DNA from: Phoronis australis
Lineage: Eukaryota > Animalia > Phoronida
Direction: 5' to 3'
NCBI GenBank assembly: GCA_002633005.1
Contig: NMRA01000025.1
Location: 1,281,160-1,345,159, forward strand
DNA: 64,000 nt
Made by a program: the position numbers and the translations under genes. The notes beneath the pieces were generated by a model, which saw only the letters and a program-made list of their open reading frames with translations, was not told the DNA's origin and ran no database searches. Positions 12,392 to 24,100 of the stretch are shown here, piece by piece; position 1 is the first letter of the stretch, and every line of letters starts with the position of its first letter.

Positions 12392-13026
12392 NNNNNNNNN
12401 NNNNNNNNNNNNNNNNNNNNNNNNNNNNNNNNNNNNNNNNNNNNNNNNNNNNNNNNNNNNNNNNNNNNNNNNNNNNNNNNNNNNNNNNNNNNNNNNNNNN
12501 NNNNNNNNNNNNNNNNNNNNNNNNNNNNNNNNNNNNNNNNNNNNNNNNNNNNNNNNNNNNNNNNNNNNNNNNNNNNNNNNNNNNNNNNNNNNNNNNNNNN
12601 NNNNNNNNNNNNNNNNNNNNNNNNNNNNNNNNNNNNNNNNNNNNNNNNNNNNNNNNNNNNNNNNNNNNNNNNNNNNNNNNNNNNNNNNNNNNNNNNNNNN
12701 NNNNNNNNNNNNNNNNNNNNNNNNNNNNNNNNNNNNNNNNNNNNNNNNNNNNNNNNNNNNNNNNNNNNNNNNNNNNNNNNNNNNNNNNNNNNNNNNNNNN
12801 NNNNNNNNNNNNNNNNNNNNNNNNNNNNNNNNNNNNNNNNNNNNNNNNNNNNNNNNNNNNNNNNNNNNNNNNNNNNNNNNNNNNNNNNNNNNNNNNNNNN
12901 NNNNNNNNNNNNNNNNNNNNNNNNNNNNNNNNNNNNNNNNNNNNNNNNNNNNNNNNNNNNNNNNNNNNNNNNNNNNNNNNNNNNNNNNNNNNNNNNNNNN
13001 NNNNNNNNNNNNNNNNNNNNNNNNNN
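12392..13026. other. Assembly gap (N run)
   Basis: 635 N bases, followed by (GT)n. Confidence 1.
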
Positions 13027-13501
13027 GTGTGCGTGTGTGTGTGTGTGTGCATGCGTGCGTGTAAGCCAGAGCATCATAGTTCTCCAGATATCGTTCCTTA
13101 CATTGAATGCATCCCAGAGATACATTGATCAACTTGTCCCTGCCTTGCAATTGTTACACTGTCTCTAGAATTTGGGACATGGAAATTCAAGCAAAAATTG
13201 AATTTTCTTGATGCTGGAACTTGGGACAAGGACATTTTTCGTGTTCATCATATTTCTCAAATTTCGAATGTGCTGTCAATCTATAGAATGTGTAATTTTG
13301 CTGTCTTTCCAACAATTCTTGAATTCAGGATGGCCAATACCGTCTATTTCTAGAATTTGGGACAAGCTCCTACCTTAAGCAAAATAATTAAATTTTCAGT
13401 ATCCCATATTGAAGAATTTTTACACTAATTAAATGGTGCCATTTTCAATGATTTGCATAGAAACAAATGCTTAACATAACAGTAAAGAACTAACAACATA
13501 C

Positions 13502-14325
13502 CAATTTTACATTCAACAAGTAAGATAAAACTTCAATGCATATTTCTTCTTTGGTCTTGACTTTGGTAGGAATGTGACTCTGTTCTACTTTAGCTCTTTT
13601 TCTTTCATCTACTAAGCTCCTCTTATTACTTCCTACACTCTCAACAGATGGCACTGCAATCTCAGTTGGGTTGTTTTTGGGAGATATGACATCACTGCCA
13701 TTATTGCACTCTTTGTTGCTTGGCGATGCACAATCACTGAGCTGCTGATTGGTTTCACCGGGCTGTTCAGCCTCAACAAGCAAGAAATCACCTGACAACA
13801 GACCATAAAAAATGTTGAAATAAAAATTGTAAATTTATCATTTTTTAATTATAAGTAGTTCATTTTGAGAGATTAAAGAAGTTCACATTTTAATTTAGAA
13901 TGCAGCCTGTTTGGCAACAGCAGCTTAAAATTTAAGCACCTTAAACTTTTTCTTCATTTCCAAACCCGCTTGTTTAACATAAAAATTAACCATTGTTTAA
14001 TATTAGGAACATTTAAAGTAACTTTACAAAGATTTACCCTTTTCAGGCTCAACACTATCTTCCGTGATATGGCACGTAGGTTTTGCAGGCGTTTCCTCAA
14101 CTGCCCCTATTGTCTTCTTTTGCTGAGCTACACCCCCAGATGACCGGAGTCTCGCTCCTTCTTGCAACCGTTCCAAATCTGGTCTTACATCGTCACCTTT
14201 GTTAGTAACTGCAGTTGGTTTTTGCTCTCGTTTCCGCGTATTAGGCACTTCTTGTGCAATTGTCTGCTGCACCCTATTGGCCCAGGCATTTCGAATTTTG
14301 TCACGTGTCTTAGTTGTAGGAATAG
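13502..14325 (-). CDS. Two phase-compatible exons (14325-14038, 13791-13502) of an unidentified hydrophilic protein
   Basis: Polypyrimidine-cag acceptors and gt donors. Open 288-nt and 290-nt exons joined in phase 1 (..TKTRDKIRNAWANRVQQ..EPEK-G-DFLLVEAE..EICIEVLSYLLNVKL). No start exon was identified. Confidence 0.4.
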
Positions 14326-14664
14326 CTGTGAGAAAAGAACACAAAATTCACAATTACTTTAAGCTTATGTAACAAGGAAGCCACTCAGAGCACATGCAAT
14401 GCACTACAGTTTCTTCATATTTGATTACACTTGAACATACAAGCAGACCTAAAGAAAATCAGACAAAATTTTACAGAAAATTTCGAAAATCTATTTTTTG
14501 GAAAGAACAAAAATTCAATGCACAGTGACTTGCATGACCAAACCTTTTTGGATAGATAATCCAAAGTCAACCAATTATGAAAAACAATAAATGGATTGAT
14601 GTAGGTGTCATTAAAGCTTTCACATGTTTGTATTGGGTCACGCTGTATTATGTATTCAAAAGCT

Positions 14665-15990
14665 AACAATAGCAACGCGGAGTGTTGAAATGCGCCCACG
14701 AATGCATAGCAAATGGTGTGCTTTTGAGGTTGCTTATTTGTGTCATAAAACGGGCACTAGATGGCGCAAAAACATACAATCCATCCGAAAATGGGAACAT
14801 GTCATTGCTTCTTTAATAGAAAGCTATTCACCAAATTCCAAATTTCATAGAAATCTGCCACGGAACTTCAGAGAATCAAAGGAAAACAGAATAATATGAA
14901 ATTGCCATTAGGGGGCACAGTGTTCAGCGGATCCGCCTGAAAGTCGTCATTGTCTGTTGTTCGCTTCACATAAATGCACTTACAAAATTTAACGAAGATC
15001 CTCCAGTGGGTTTTGGAGATACAGCTGTGGCCGCAAAACAAAACAAAACTACCACTAGGAGGCGCCAGAGTAGTCAAAGTCGTCATCATCAACCGTCCTC
15101 TTCACACTGAGACCATATACGCCAATTTTCAAAACCATCCTTAGAATGGTTTGGTTGATAGAGAGGTAGACGCCAAAAAACAGGCTCGAAAACAGCAAAA
15201 ATGGCCACTAGGTGGCACAAATTACCTTGATTCCATCCAAAAACGGGAGGATAGCGTCATCTCATCAATAGATGCCCCTATTCAAAATTTTATGAAAATC
15301 TTTTGAGGACCTTTGAAGATACAGAGGTAAACGTAAAATTTAAACTGCCACCAGGGGGCATACCAATACTCAGATCCATCCCGAAATCATCGTTGTTCGT
15401 TGTCAACATCATATAAACACACTTCTCAAATTTAGTAAAGATCCTACAAACGGCTTAGGAGATACAGCTATGGGCGCAAAAAAGAAACTGCCACTAGGAG
15501 GCGCCACAGTAGTCGAAGTCATCGTAAAATTATCGTCAGCCGTCCACTTCATAGTAAAACATACATGCCGATTTTTACAGTTATCCTGAAAGCGGTTTTG
15601 TTTATAGAGGGGTGGACACCAAAAAAACAGACTCGAAAACAGTAAAAATGACCACTAGGTGGCGTGAACTATGTCAAATCCATCGGAAAACGGGAGGATG
15701 TCATCGTTCTACTAATAGATGCCTATATACCAAATTTCATGAAAATACCTTGAGGACCTTTGAAGATACAGAGGTAAACGTAAAAAAAAATAAAATTGCC
15801 ACTAGGGGGCACACCGGTAGTCGGATCTGCCCGAATGTACCCTCACGCAGTCCCATCCACAAAAGGAACACATGCGCAAAATTTCATGAGCATACATCAA
15901 TCGGTTTTGGAGATAAAGCAGCGAACGCCGGACGGACGCCGTCCGGACGGACGGAAGCAGATGACGGTATAATGCACCCACATATTTATA
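14665..15990. mobile_element. Helentron-type non-autonomous element with ~440-bp core repeats
   Basis: Terminus AACAATAGCAACGC-GGA-GTGTTG (hairpin). ~150-bp subunits arranged in ~440-bp higher-order repeats. (GGAC)n tract at ~15930-15955 near the other end. Homologous in inverted orientation to 31897-33705. Confidence 0.7.
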
Positions 15991-16238
15991 TTAAAAATGT
16001 TGAATGGCCTCTCCATCTCGCACATTTCATAGTCGTTTATTTGCATTTACAGTGCACGCACGTGTTACAAATCACAGTCTACACAAATACTGAAAAAAAT
16101 GGTTTTTCAATCAAACCAATGATCTAACCAAAGGGGAATACATTTCAATACATTTCCTTAACCATCTGTGACTTGAAACATTGGCAAACCAAGGAAAAAG
16201 TTTTTAATTTCATTTTCTGCCGTCAATCAGTAATTTTT

Positions 16239-19200
16239 TTACAACAATGGTATAACACTACCATGAGACTTTGGAGGGCGCCTCATCATAATTGCCATCA
16301 CCACCAGGACGCACAGCATACCGACTACAACGCCCATCATCACCTTGCTGTCAACTGTTTCTTCCGATTTAGATTCATCTTCTGGCAATTTCTCTTTACC
16401 TTTTTGTGATGTCTGCAACAACATATATTCAAGCTTATTTACAGCAGGAACTAAAGGACAATGCTATTTTAATGTAATCTATGCTAAAGAAAGTGCAGCA
16501 GCTGTATTCATTGACAATTTGTAAAAATGAGAAAACAAAAAATTTAGCAAACAGGTGATCTTTGCACTAATGATGTATCTTGCTCATATAGCCCAGATCA
16601 TGCAGTGCTATTCCCCAGCACCACATCACAATACTTATGGGGACTCCTCAGTGATTTATGGCAGTTCATTTTCGCCACAAAACTCATTCTTAAAAACATT
16701 TGGCACCTTTCAAGCTACTTCAAATTCACATGGTCACTTTATGCTGTGTTTCTAACTAAATTGGCCAAGCAATCACAGTAATAAGAAATTAACCTGCAAT
16801 TTGCACTTTAAGGGATACATAGACAATCAGGTACAGATTACAATGGGAATAAGTTTATAACTTTATTATGTCATCTGTGATACCTCACTTCAAACTTTTG
16901 AAAAACCCAACTGATCTTTAAGACCTCTTCATGTATTTTGATTGATAAAATGGATTTAAACAAACAGAAATAACCATGAACGGATCATGACATTAATACA
17001 AAAACCAGTGCTCACATTTTAATATTCAACAGAAAAATTAACTGTCTAGGGTTAGTTGAGACGTCACCCTAATTTAATTTCTTTCATCAACTCGATTTTC
17101 TTTTTATCCCTATAATTAATAGTACTCAGGACTGCATACACTAAGTTTGATCTGAACAAGCATCATTATATATCTTGTCTAATGATAAAAATTTGAGGAA
17201 AATTAAGTTTTGACTGTCTATATACTAGAGAAAAAAAGGGTGCACTTTGCTTTAAACTCAGTACAAACTGGAAAGCAAATGTTCAAAAATGTCAGAACTA
17301 ATAATTGTCCAGCTGCAGCAAATATCAGCGAGTAACCTGCTCAGCATCACGTGTGGCGAAAGATAATAAAACTAACTGAAGATAAACAAAAAAAAAACGC
17401 GACAAGTCAGAGATTGATTTCTTCGAGCACTGAAGACTTAAAGTAAACAATGTTTATTAATTCTTTAATTCTGCAACTTGCTGCTGAATACCAATAACTA
17501 ACAACCACAAATATCTCTATATCATCCTTTCAAATGCAAAATGGGCATTTAACAGGCAAATTTCAAAACACGCAACACATATATTACCTTCACTGCCATC
17601 TTCAGTGCTAGTCTCACCAGAAGGTTCCTTCGTTCATGGTCTTGAAGGTATCCATCAAAGTTTGAGTCAGCATTGAACACCAGCTCATCGATTTCCTTCC
17701 AAAATAAAACGTAATAAGCAATGTCGATCAATTACTTCTCTATTTTTTGTGAAAGACAGGTTATAAACAGATTATAAAACTTTATTCCCCTCGCGGTACA
17801 AATGTACCAACAGGTGTCCATAGTGGATACACCCTCACAGACTCTGAATACAAAATGGCCGTGTAGGTAGCGGAGCCCTCTCATGAGTCTGCATATCATG
17901 CATTGCCTATGGTGGACAACTTGGCCATGAGATAAGGCAAAATCTCACCAATTGGGGACAGAAATAATTGCCAAAACTGACTTTCTGCAATTTTTCAAAG
18001 GCTTCAGACAGCGACCATAATTTCTCAAAATATTATGGTCGTGGTGTAGAACTTAAAATGATAAAACATTATATCTGGTGGTAGTTATCCTTTATAACGA
18101 AAAATGAAAATTAAAAAAAAATTCAACATTCACCATATTGTGTCCTAAATTGGTGAGATTTTACTGTACCCCCTTAGGTAGGTAATTTGACTTCATTGTC
18201 TTGTCTTGGAATGGTAAATGGCTTTGAAGAAAATGGAGGACGAGAGTATGAACAGTGTTGGTACCGACTCTGGTCTCACCATAAATGCCCAGATATTGCT
18301 CTGGCATCACCATGAATGCCCAGATATTGCTCTGGTATCACTATGAATGCCCAGAAATTGCTCTGATATCATCAAGAATGTCCAGATATTGCTCTGGAAT
18401 CACCAGGAATGCCAAGATGTTGCTCTGGTATCACCATGAATGCCCAGATGTTGCTCTGGTATCACCATGAATGCCCAGATATTGCTTTGGTCTAAATTTT
18501 GAATGTGTAGTAGCACACCTTTCCCACTATGTGAAAGAAAACCCCACGGTATGAAACCATGTGTGTCGCAAGCTGTCATCTGAAGTAGAAGACGAATATT
18601 GGTTGTACTTGATTGCCATCCATGGTCAGTAAGCCGGAAGTCCTCATCAAGGACCAATCAGATGCCTAAACCAGTTGATGCAGCGGAACTGGCGAAGTCA
18701 ATAAAGTATACAGTAGAAATATGCAGTCATGATGATTCAGTCAACACTTTGTACTTCCAGTAGTTACAATTGCAAGAGTAAGAAACACAGCAAGGAGAGC
18801 AACATCACTAGAAACTCACCTCCTTCGAGAAGCCATATGCAGCAGCTGCCCCTTGGTAATCCCCTTTGTCTAACAAGTCTTTAACAGTCTTGTCTACATC
18901 CAGTTGAACGTTTTCTTGAGCGGACAGACTGGAACTTAGCGTTAACAAACATGAAAAATACCTCGGTGAAAAATGTTTTAAAGGCACTCACACCACATTA
19001 TGTACTGCTGCTTCTAAAATGGACATAAAGCCAAAGGCAAATGTGATGTGACTCTTGAAATGATGCTTCCATAGGGCCTTCATACACCGGAAGCTTTTCG
19101 ATGGATTATTCCACACACTGATTAAACCATCAAAGTTATGTTCCTATTTAGTACCTTTTGCATAGAGGGACACCTTAGGAGGCCCTCGATTATGTCATAT

Positions 19201-20764
19201 CCCCTGGTACGAGCTATTTAAAAATGGCCATTTGCTGATCTGGGCAACCAAATGAAGCACTGCTCAAAAAAAGTTTGAGTTGGAAGGAATTAAAGACATC
19301 GACAGCTTCCTAAGGTGTCCCTCTGTGCGTAAAAGGTATGACTTATGATGCTTCAATCAGTGTGAGGCATAAATCACCGAATTCACCGTCTGTACTGGAG
19401 CTAGCTAAAGACGGTGGTCGCTGTTTAGTCAGTGATCTGCTTCAGGGCTTGGGATGACTAATGGCAAAAAGAGGAAAATTTTCCAGGTGATGTATGGTTT
19501 CACAAATCGGCTTGTGTGATAGAGAAATTTAAAGTCAAAATAATGACAAAAAGAGACAAAATAAAAGGAAACTGGAAATCAAGAGGAAATCGAAACCAAA
19601 AACGAAGAAATCATGGATTGTTCTAAGACCCCCTCCACCCCCACATCCCACGACCCCCTCGACCTCCAACCTGTCATCATACTACTGACATAGCTGAATG
19701 ACATTAATTTCCCATAAGACATGCCTACAAGTGAATCTATTCTGGCTCAAGTTTGGTGTTTAAAAACAGACAGTGGCGTAAGAACATGAGCTGAAAAAGC
19801 GGACTGTGAGCGTGCTACCGTTGTCACAGAAATGGTTCCACGAGCGTCTACCAATGGCCCTGTTCTGGAGAAACGTGAATACACACATAATTTCACTTTG
19901 CTTGCTGTTGTATACTCGTTTACAATATATTCCATGTAACGTTGAGATACTTTTTAGTAACAGTTTGTTTTTTCAAACTGTATTTACTGAAATTACATAT
20001 GTTCCTCGCACTCTCCCAAAAAAGCTCGTATTTGCTACTCACTGAAGAGAAGCATGGATGGCGCAGCACTGAAAAAATTGGGGGGCTATAGCCCCCCCAG
20101 CCCCCGTGTGGTGCACCGCCCATAGACCATAGGCAAAAAAGTGGGGGGCTATAGCCTCCCAGCCCCCTATGGTGTGCTGCCCATGAGAAGACGAGACGAT
20201 TACACTTTTCCGGGAATGACATTTGAAACGCTGTTTGGTCTTTGATTTGATTTGGTCGCGTTGTTTTTTTCTTCTGATTTTGGCTTTCAAACTTGCCGAA
20301 GCAGGGAAAAGCCAGTCGAGCTCATGGCCTGCATCGTTGGTCCTGCAAGCCAGCGCTTGTTTTATGTATATATTGAGTCAAGCTTGTATAAACTGGGTTG
20401 AGGGGCTTGGGGGCCGCAGGGGTTTTATTTAGAACAGTCCAGAAATCCTCTAATGAGTCTAACGAGTAGTGATCTAATGACATTGAACGAAAATCTCAAG
20501 TCCTGCTGCTTATGCTCTGCTAGTAACATAGGTGGCGCAGCACCGAAAAAGTGGGGGCTAAAGCCCCCTCAGCACCCCGTGGTTCACCGCCTATAGGCCA
20601 TGTGCGGTGTAGCACTCACAAAAGTGGGGGGCTTTCGCCCCCCCCCCCNCCCCCAGTCCCCATGGTGCGCCGCCCATGAGAAAAAAGGCCTACCTGACAT
20701 ACCTCTGAAATAAAAGTATCAAAGATGCCCAGGACAATAACTCTCTCAGACAAAAGCACCACAT
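16239..20764 (-). CDS. 150-aa type-I membrane protein with signal peptide, one EF-hand and C-terminal TM helix (family unassigned)
   Basis: Exons 20764-20703 (MWCFCLRELLSWASLILLFQ, phase 2), 18928-18820 (SLSAQENVQLDVDKTVKDLLDKGDYQGAAAAYGFSKE), 17695-17588 (EIDELVFNADSNFDGYLQDHERRNLLVRLALKMAVK), 16412-16239 (TSQK...VMMGVVVGMLCVLVVMAIMMRRPPK...PLL*). All GT-AG with matching phases. Confidence 0.7.
17939..18165. mobile_element. MITE-like element with inverted ends; degenerate relative at ~29500-29660
   Basis: AAAATCTCACCAATTGGGGACA ... TGTCCTAAATTGGTGAGATTTT inverted pair. Confidence 0.5.
18268..18490. repeat. 30-bp minisatellite, about 7 copies
   Basis: CTCTGGTATCACCATGAATGCCCAGATATTG-like units, located in an intron. 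Confidence 0.85.
19100..19380. mobile_element. Foldback/MITE-like element; related fragment at ~975-1020
   Basis: CACACTGATTAAACCATCAAAG...AGAGGGACACCTTAGGA is inverted relative to TCCTAAGGTGTCCCTCT...ATCAGTGTG. Confidence 0.55.
20053..20185. mobile_element. Short CAT...ATG MITE with 5-bp TSD
   Basis: CATGGATGGCGCAGCA ... GTGTGCTGCCCATG, with AGAAG on both flanks and internal GGGGGCTATAGCCCCC palindromes. Confidence 0.65.
20527..20678. mobile_element. Second copy of the same MITE family
   Basis: CATAGGTGGCGCAGCA ... GTGCGCCGCCCATG, with flanks AGTAA/AGAAA (4 of 5 match). Confidence 0.55.
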
Positions 20765-21123
20765 GGTAACTGGCAGCCGTCGTGGGACAAGGTCAACTCG
20801 TGTGCATTTCCAAAGACAAAGTTCTACTTCATGTCGGTTTCGATCTTTAAAAAGTTCTCTAGCAAGCTGAAAACAAAACAAACACAGGATGTGTACACGT
20901 TATAATGTTCTTGTCTTGGTGACAATTAATTTGTTTTCTAACTAGTTCGGGTAGTAAAAATGATACCAACGGTTTCAAAACTAAAAAAAGTTGAATGAAA
21001 TTTAATTTTTTTACTTTCTATGGTACTATATTTCACACTTAATCTAAAAACATTTAAAATGGCTCTTTTATGAAGAAGGTATGAAATTTAGAATACTTCC
21101 GCCTTTGAAGTTATTGCGATAAA
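20765..21123. promoter_or_regulatory. Putative bidirectional promoter between the EF-hand gene and KDSR
   Basis: The divergent start codons are only ~360 bp apart. ETS-like ACTTCCGCC at ~21095. Confidence 0.5.
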
Positions 21124-24100
21124 ATGTTGTCCTGGTGGTGGATTTGTGGTGCTTTATTCGTTCTCTTCTTGTCTGTGTTATATATTTTATCTCCTCTTAT
21201 TTCCCCACAGCCAATGAAAATACGTGGCTCACACGTTTTGGTAAGATTTCCACCATAATCAGTACCCCCTTGTTGGCCTACAGGTTCTGTTACCAGCTAG
21301 TCTGTGTAGAAAATTGAAATTGAACCCAGGTTGCACGTTTGAGAGCCGAGCTTCTAAACTGTTCAGACAAGAGGCAATTGCCGATTGACTACTGATTTAG
21401 ATAGGCTTTATCTGACTGTCACAACAACCTCTCCCTTCTACGGATCATGCATCACCTGCCCCCTCAGATTGGCCTCTTCTCTGGTCTGGGTATCGACGGC
21501 AGTTACTGGAGCGTGAATACAGACTGCCCCAAGAGAGGAGTGCTGACATCCTGTATGGTCGTGAGTTCTATCGTTGTTGGGTGCCAGTGTAGAAAATTTC
21601 TCTGACATCGGGACTTGAACCCAGGTTGCATTTGTGAGAGCTGAGCATCTAAACCTTTCAGCCAAGAGGCAATTGCCTCACATGACACAACAATACTATT
21701 AATTGTAGTTGCTTGTGCTAGTAGGGCTAGATGATATGCCTAAGTGAAAACAAATTAAATCGAGTGTTTTGATCACTTGTGCCATACATTCTGCGCCATC
21801 ATACAAATGAACCTGACGTTTATGTGTGCCCTAGGTGTATCCGATGCATTCATCTGCAATGCAAATATACTGATACTGAGAGCTTCTTTGATTCGATGGT
21901 CAAACTAGGAACTTTTTGAATGGTTACTTCATGTTCAAAAATTGAAGTTGTGTTAATGGTATGTATTGGTTACGCGTAGTTGTCTAGTACTCTGGCTGTT
22001 AATCAAGTTTCACATCATGTTGATTGTTTTCGCTCAACAGCTTTTGGTCAAAGGAATGAAATCGAGAATGAGATAAACAGAAACTGGTGAGGTACATGGC
22101 AAATGTAATTAGAAGGAATTCTGTACATGCATCATGATGAGTATGGTTACGCTCCATCGTAATATGTCTAAAAGTATGTATAAAACTTATCTAATAATAC
22201 ATTGGACTGATGTTTTGCTAGGTCACTGGAGGCTCAAGTGGCATTGGAAAAGCTATAGCTGAGGAAATGGTTAAAAATGGAGGCAATGTGACGCTACTGG
22301 CTCGGAACACTCAAAAGCTAACTGAGACCAGCAAACACTTGGAAAGCTTCATAGGGGAGAAAGATAAACAGGTGTTTCTTTTGTTTTCGTAAAGTTTCAA
22401 AACTAACATCGCGTGAAGATCAGTTTTTGTTAATGCGTTCAGTGTTAGCGAGTACAATTTGTCACATCGAGTAACAGAGGGTCAGATTGAAGAGCTGTGA
22501 CATCAATGGTTCCTATTGTTGTAGTTGTGGACTATATAGTTGCATTGGAATATTGATTGTATCATTGATTACATTACTCTGTAAGGCTTTTCCTGGTAAG
22601 GACAAGTGACCTGTTTTTGTGGTATGTGATTTTCCTGTGTGTGCGTGCGTGCGTGTGTGTGTGTCACAATTGATCTGTATGCTTTATCATTTGATTTGTG
22701 AATGTGATTGAGAATGTCTTTATGCCTTAATTATTTACAATGTTCATATAAGTGCCGGGGGAGGGTGTTCAAATGTTAATCTTTGATTGGCTAATCCAGC
22801 GTGTGTAAAGTATTGGTTATAAATATGGACAATTAGTGGTAGTAGGAGGTATTGTCCTATTTTGTCTCACATCTAGACCACAATGCACCAGGAACATGTT
22901 GTGCTTTTGTGTCAAATCTAGACCACAATGCACCAGGAACATGTTGTGCTTTTGTGTCACATCTAGACCGCAATTCATCTAGTAACATGATGTGCATACC
23001 CAAAAATGAATATGAAATAATTTGATATTTAAAAAATAGCACCTGTAATGACAGAAGTTGAATCTCAATTACCATCTTGTTTTTAATGAATTTTTTGAAA
23101 GAAAAGGTTACTTCCTAATTTCACTAACTATACGAAATTTCAGTTTCTTTATCATAACTATGTAATTGATTTTCACTGAATTTCAGAAAGTGGTATGCAT
23201 ATCTGTGGATGTCTCAAAAGATTTTCATGCTGTTGAGAAAGCAATTAAACAGGTAACAAGTGGAATACCATGGTATTATTGTTTAGATCATTGTTGATAA
23301 CAACTCTTACAGTAATGTAGGTGATACTCTCATATTGTTTAGTCTTGAATTTGTGACATGTAGGGCACGGATATCTCACTGAGATTCATATGTTCCCACT
23401 GTGTTCAAAAACCTTATAATAAGCTATTTAACACACCTATCTGAACAAATTCTTGAAGCCTTTGGCAGTTCTACAATATCATAGGGGTGGGTAGTCAACC
23501 ACAATTTTCAAGTGTAAGTGTTTGTCATACTCCTAAAACTGCATGTGGGCACTATTTTTTTCTCTTAATCATGTGTATTAGTAAAGTGCTGAAATTAATT
23601 ATAATGTAGAGATTCTTTTCAATTCTTGCTTTCTACTTGGCAGGCAGAAGAGATGCTTGGTCCCGTTGATATGTTGTTTAACTGTGCTGGAACCAGCAGT
23701 AGTCGTACGTTTGAAGATACAACTGCCGACGAGTTCAAGGTATGAGATCACCACATAAGGGCGACGATGCAAAATGTGTCAAAAGAATTTTTAATTGGCT
23801 TTGTTGGGGTACTGATACATTACCAATGAAATTTAAAAAATGACCTACAATTTTTTAAAAAAATTTCGAGGGAGGATAGAAAATGACTGGATATTTGAGA
23901 TTGACTATGATCAAGTCTTGCAGTCATTTCAAAACAAAGCACAAGAAAGCAGTGCCCTTTAATCATTTCAGAAATTGCTTTTGTGAACTATAGCTATGCA
24001 TAACACATTCACGTCTAACTTAAGATTGCGAGGAGGGGTCACTTACTAATGCATTGATTTTACTAGTTGGTGGTTAACAAAGATTCCTCTATTTATTATC

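Noticed and set aside
12322-13150. Long ORFs made of X residues
   Set aside because: Artefacts of the N gap.
15612-16127. 171-aa ORF present twice (also 11195-11710)
   Set aside because: Non-ATG start, lies in non-coding Helentron-type core repeats, and the second copy is the probable assembly duplicate.
21590-21680. Functional tRNA gene
   Set aside because: A and B boxes are present, but the acceptor and anticodon stems do not pair well and it occurs as degenerate tandem heads. Treated as SINE-like.
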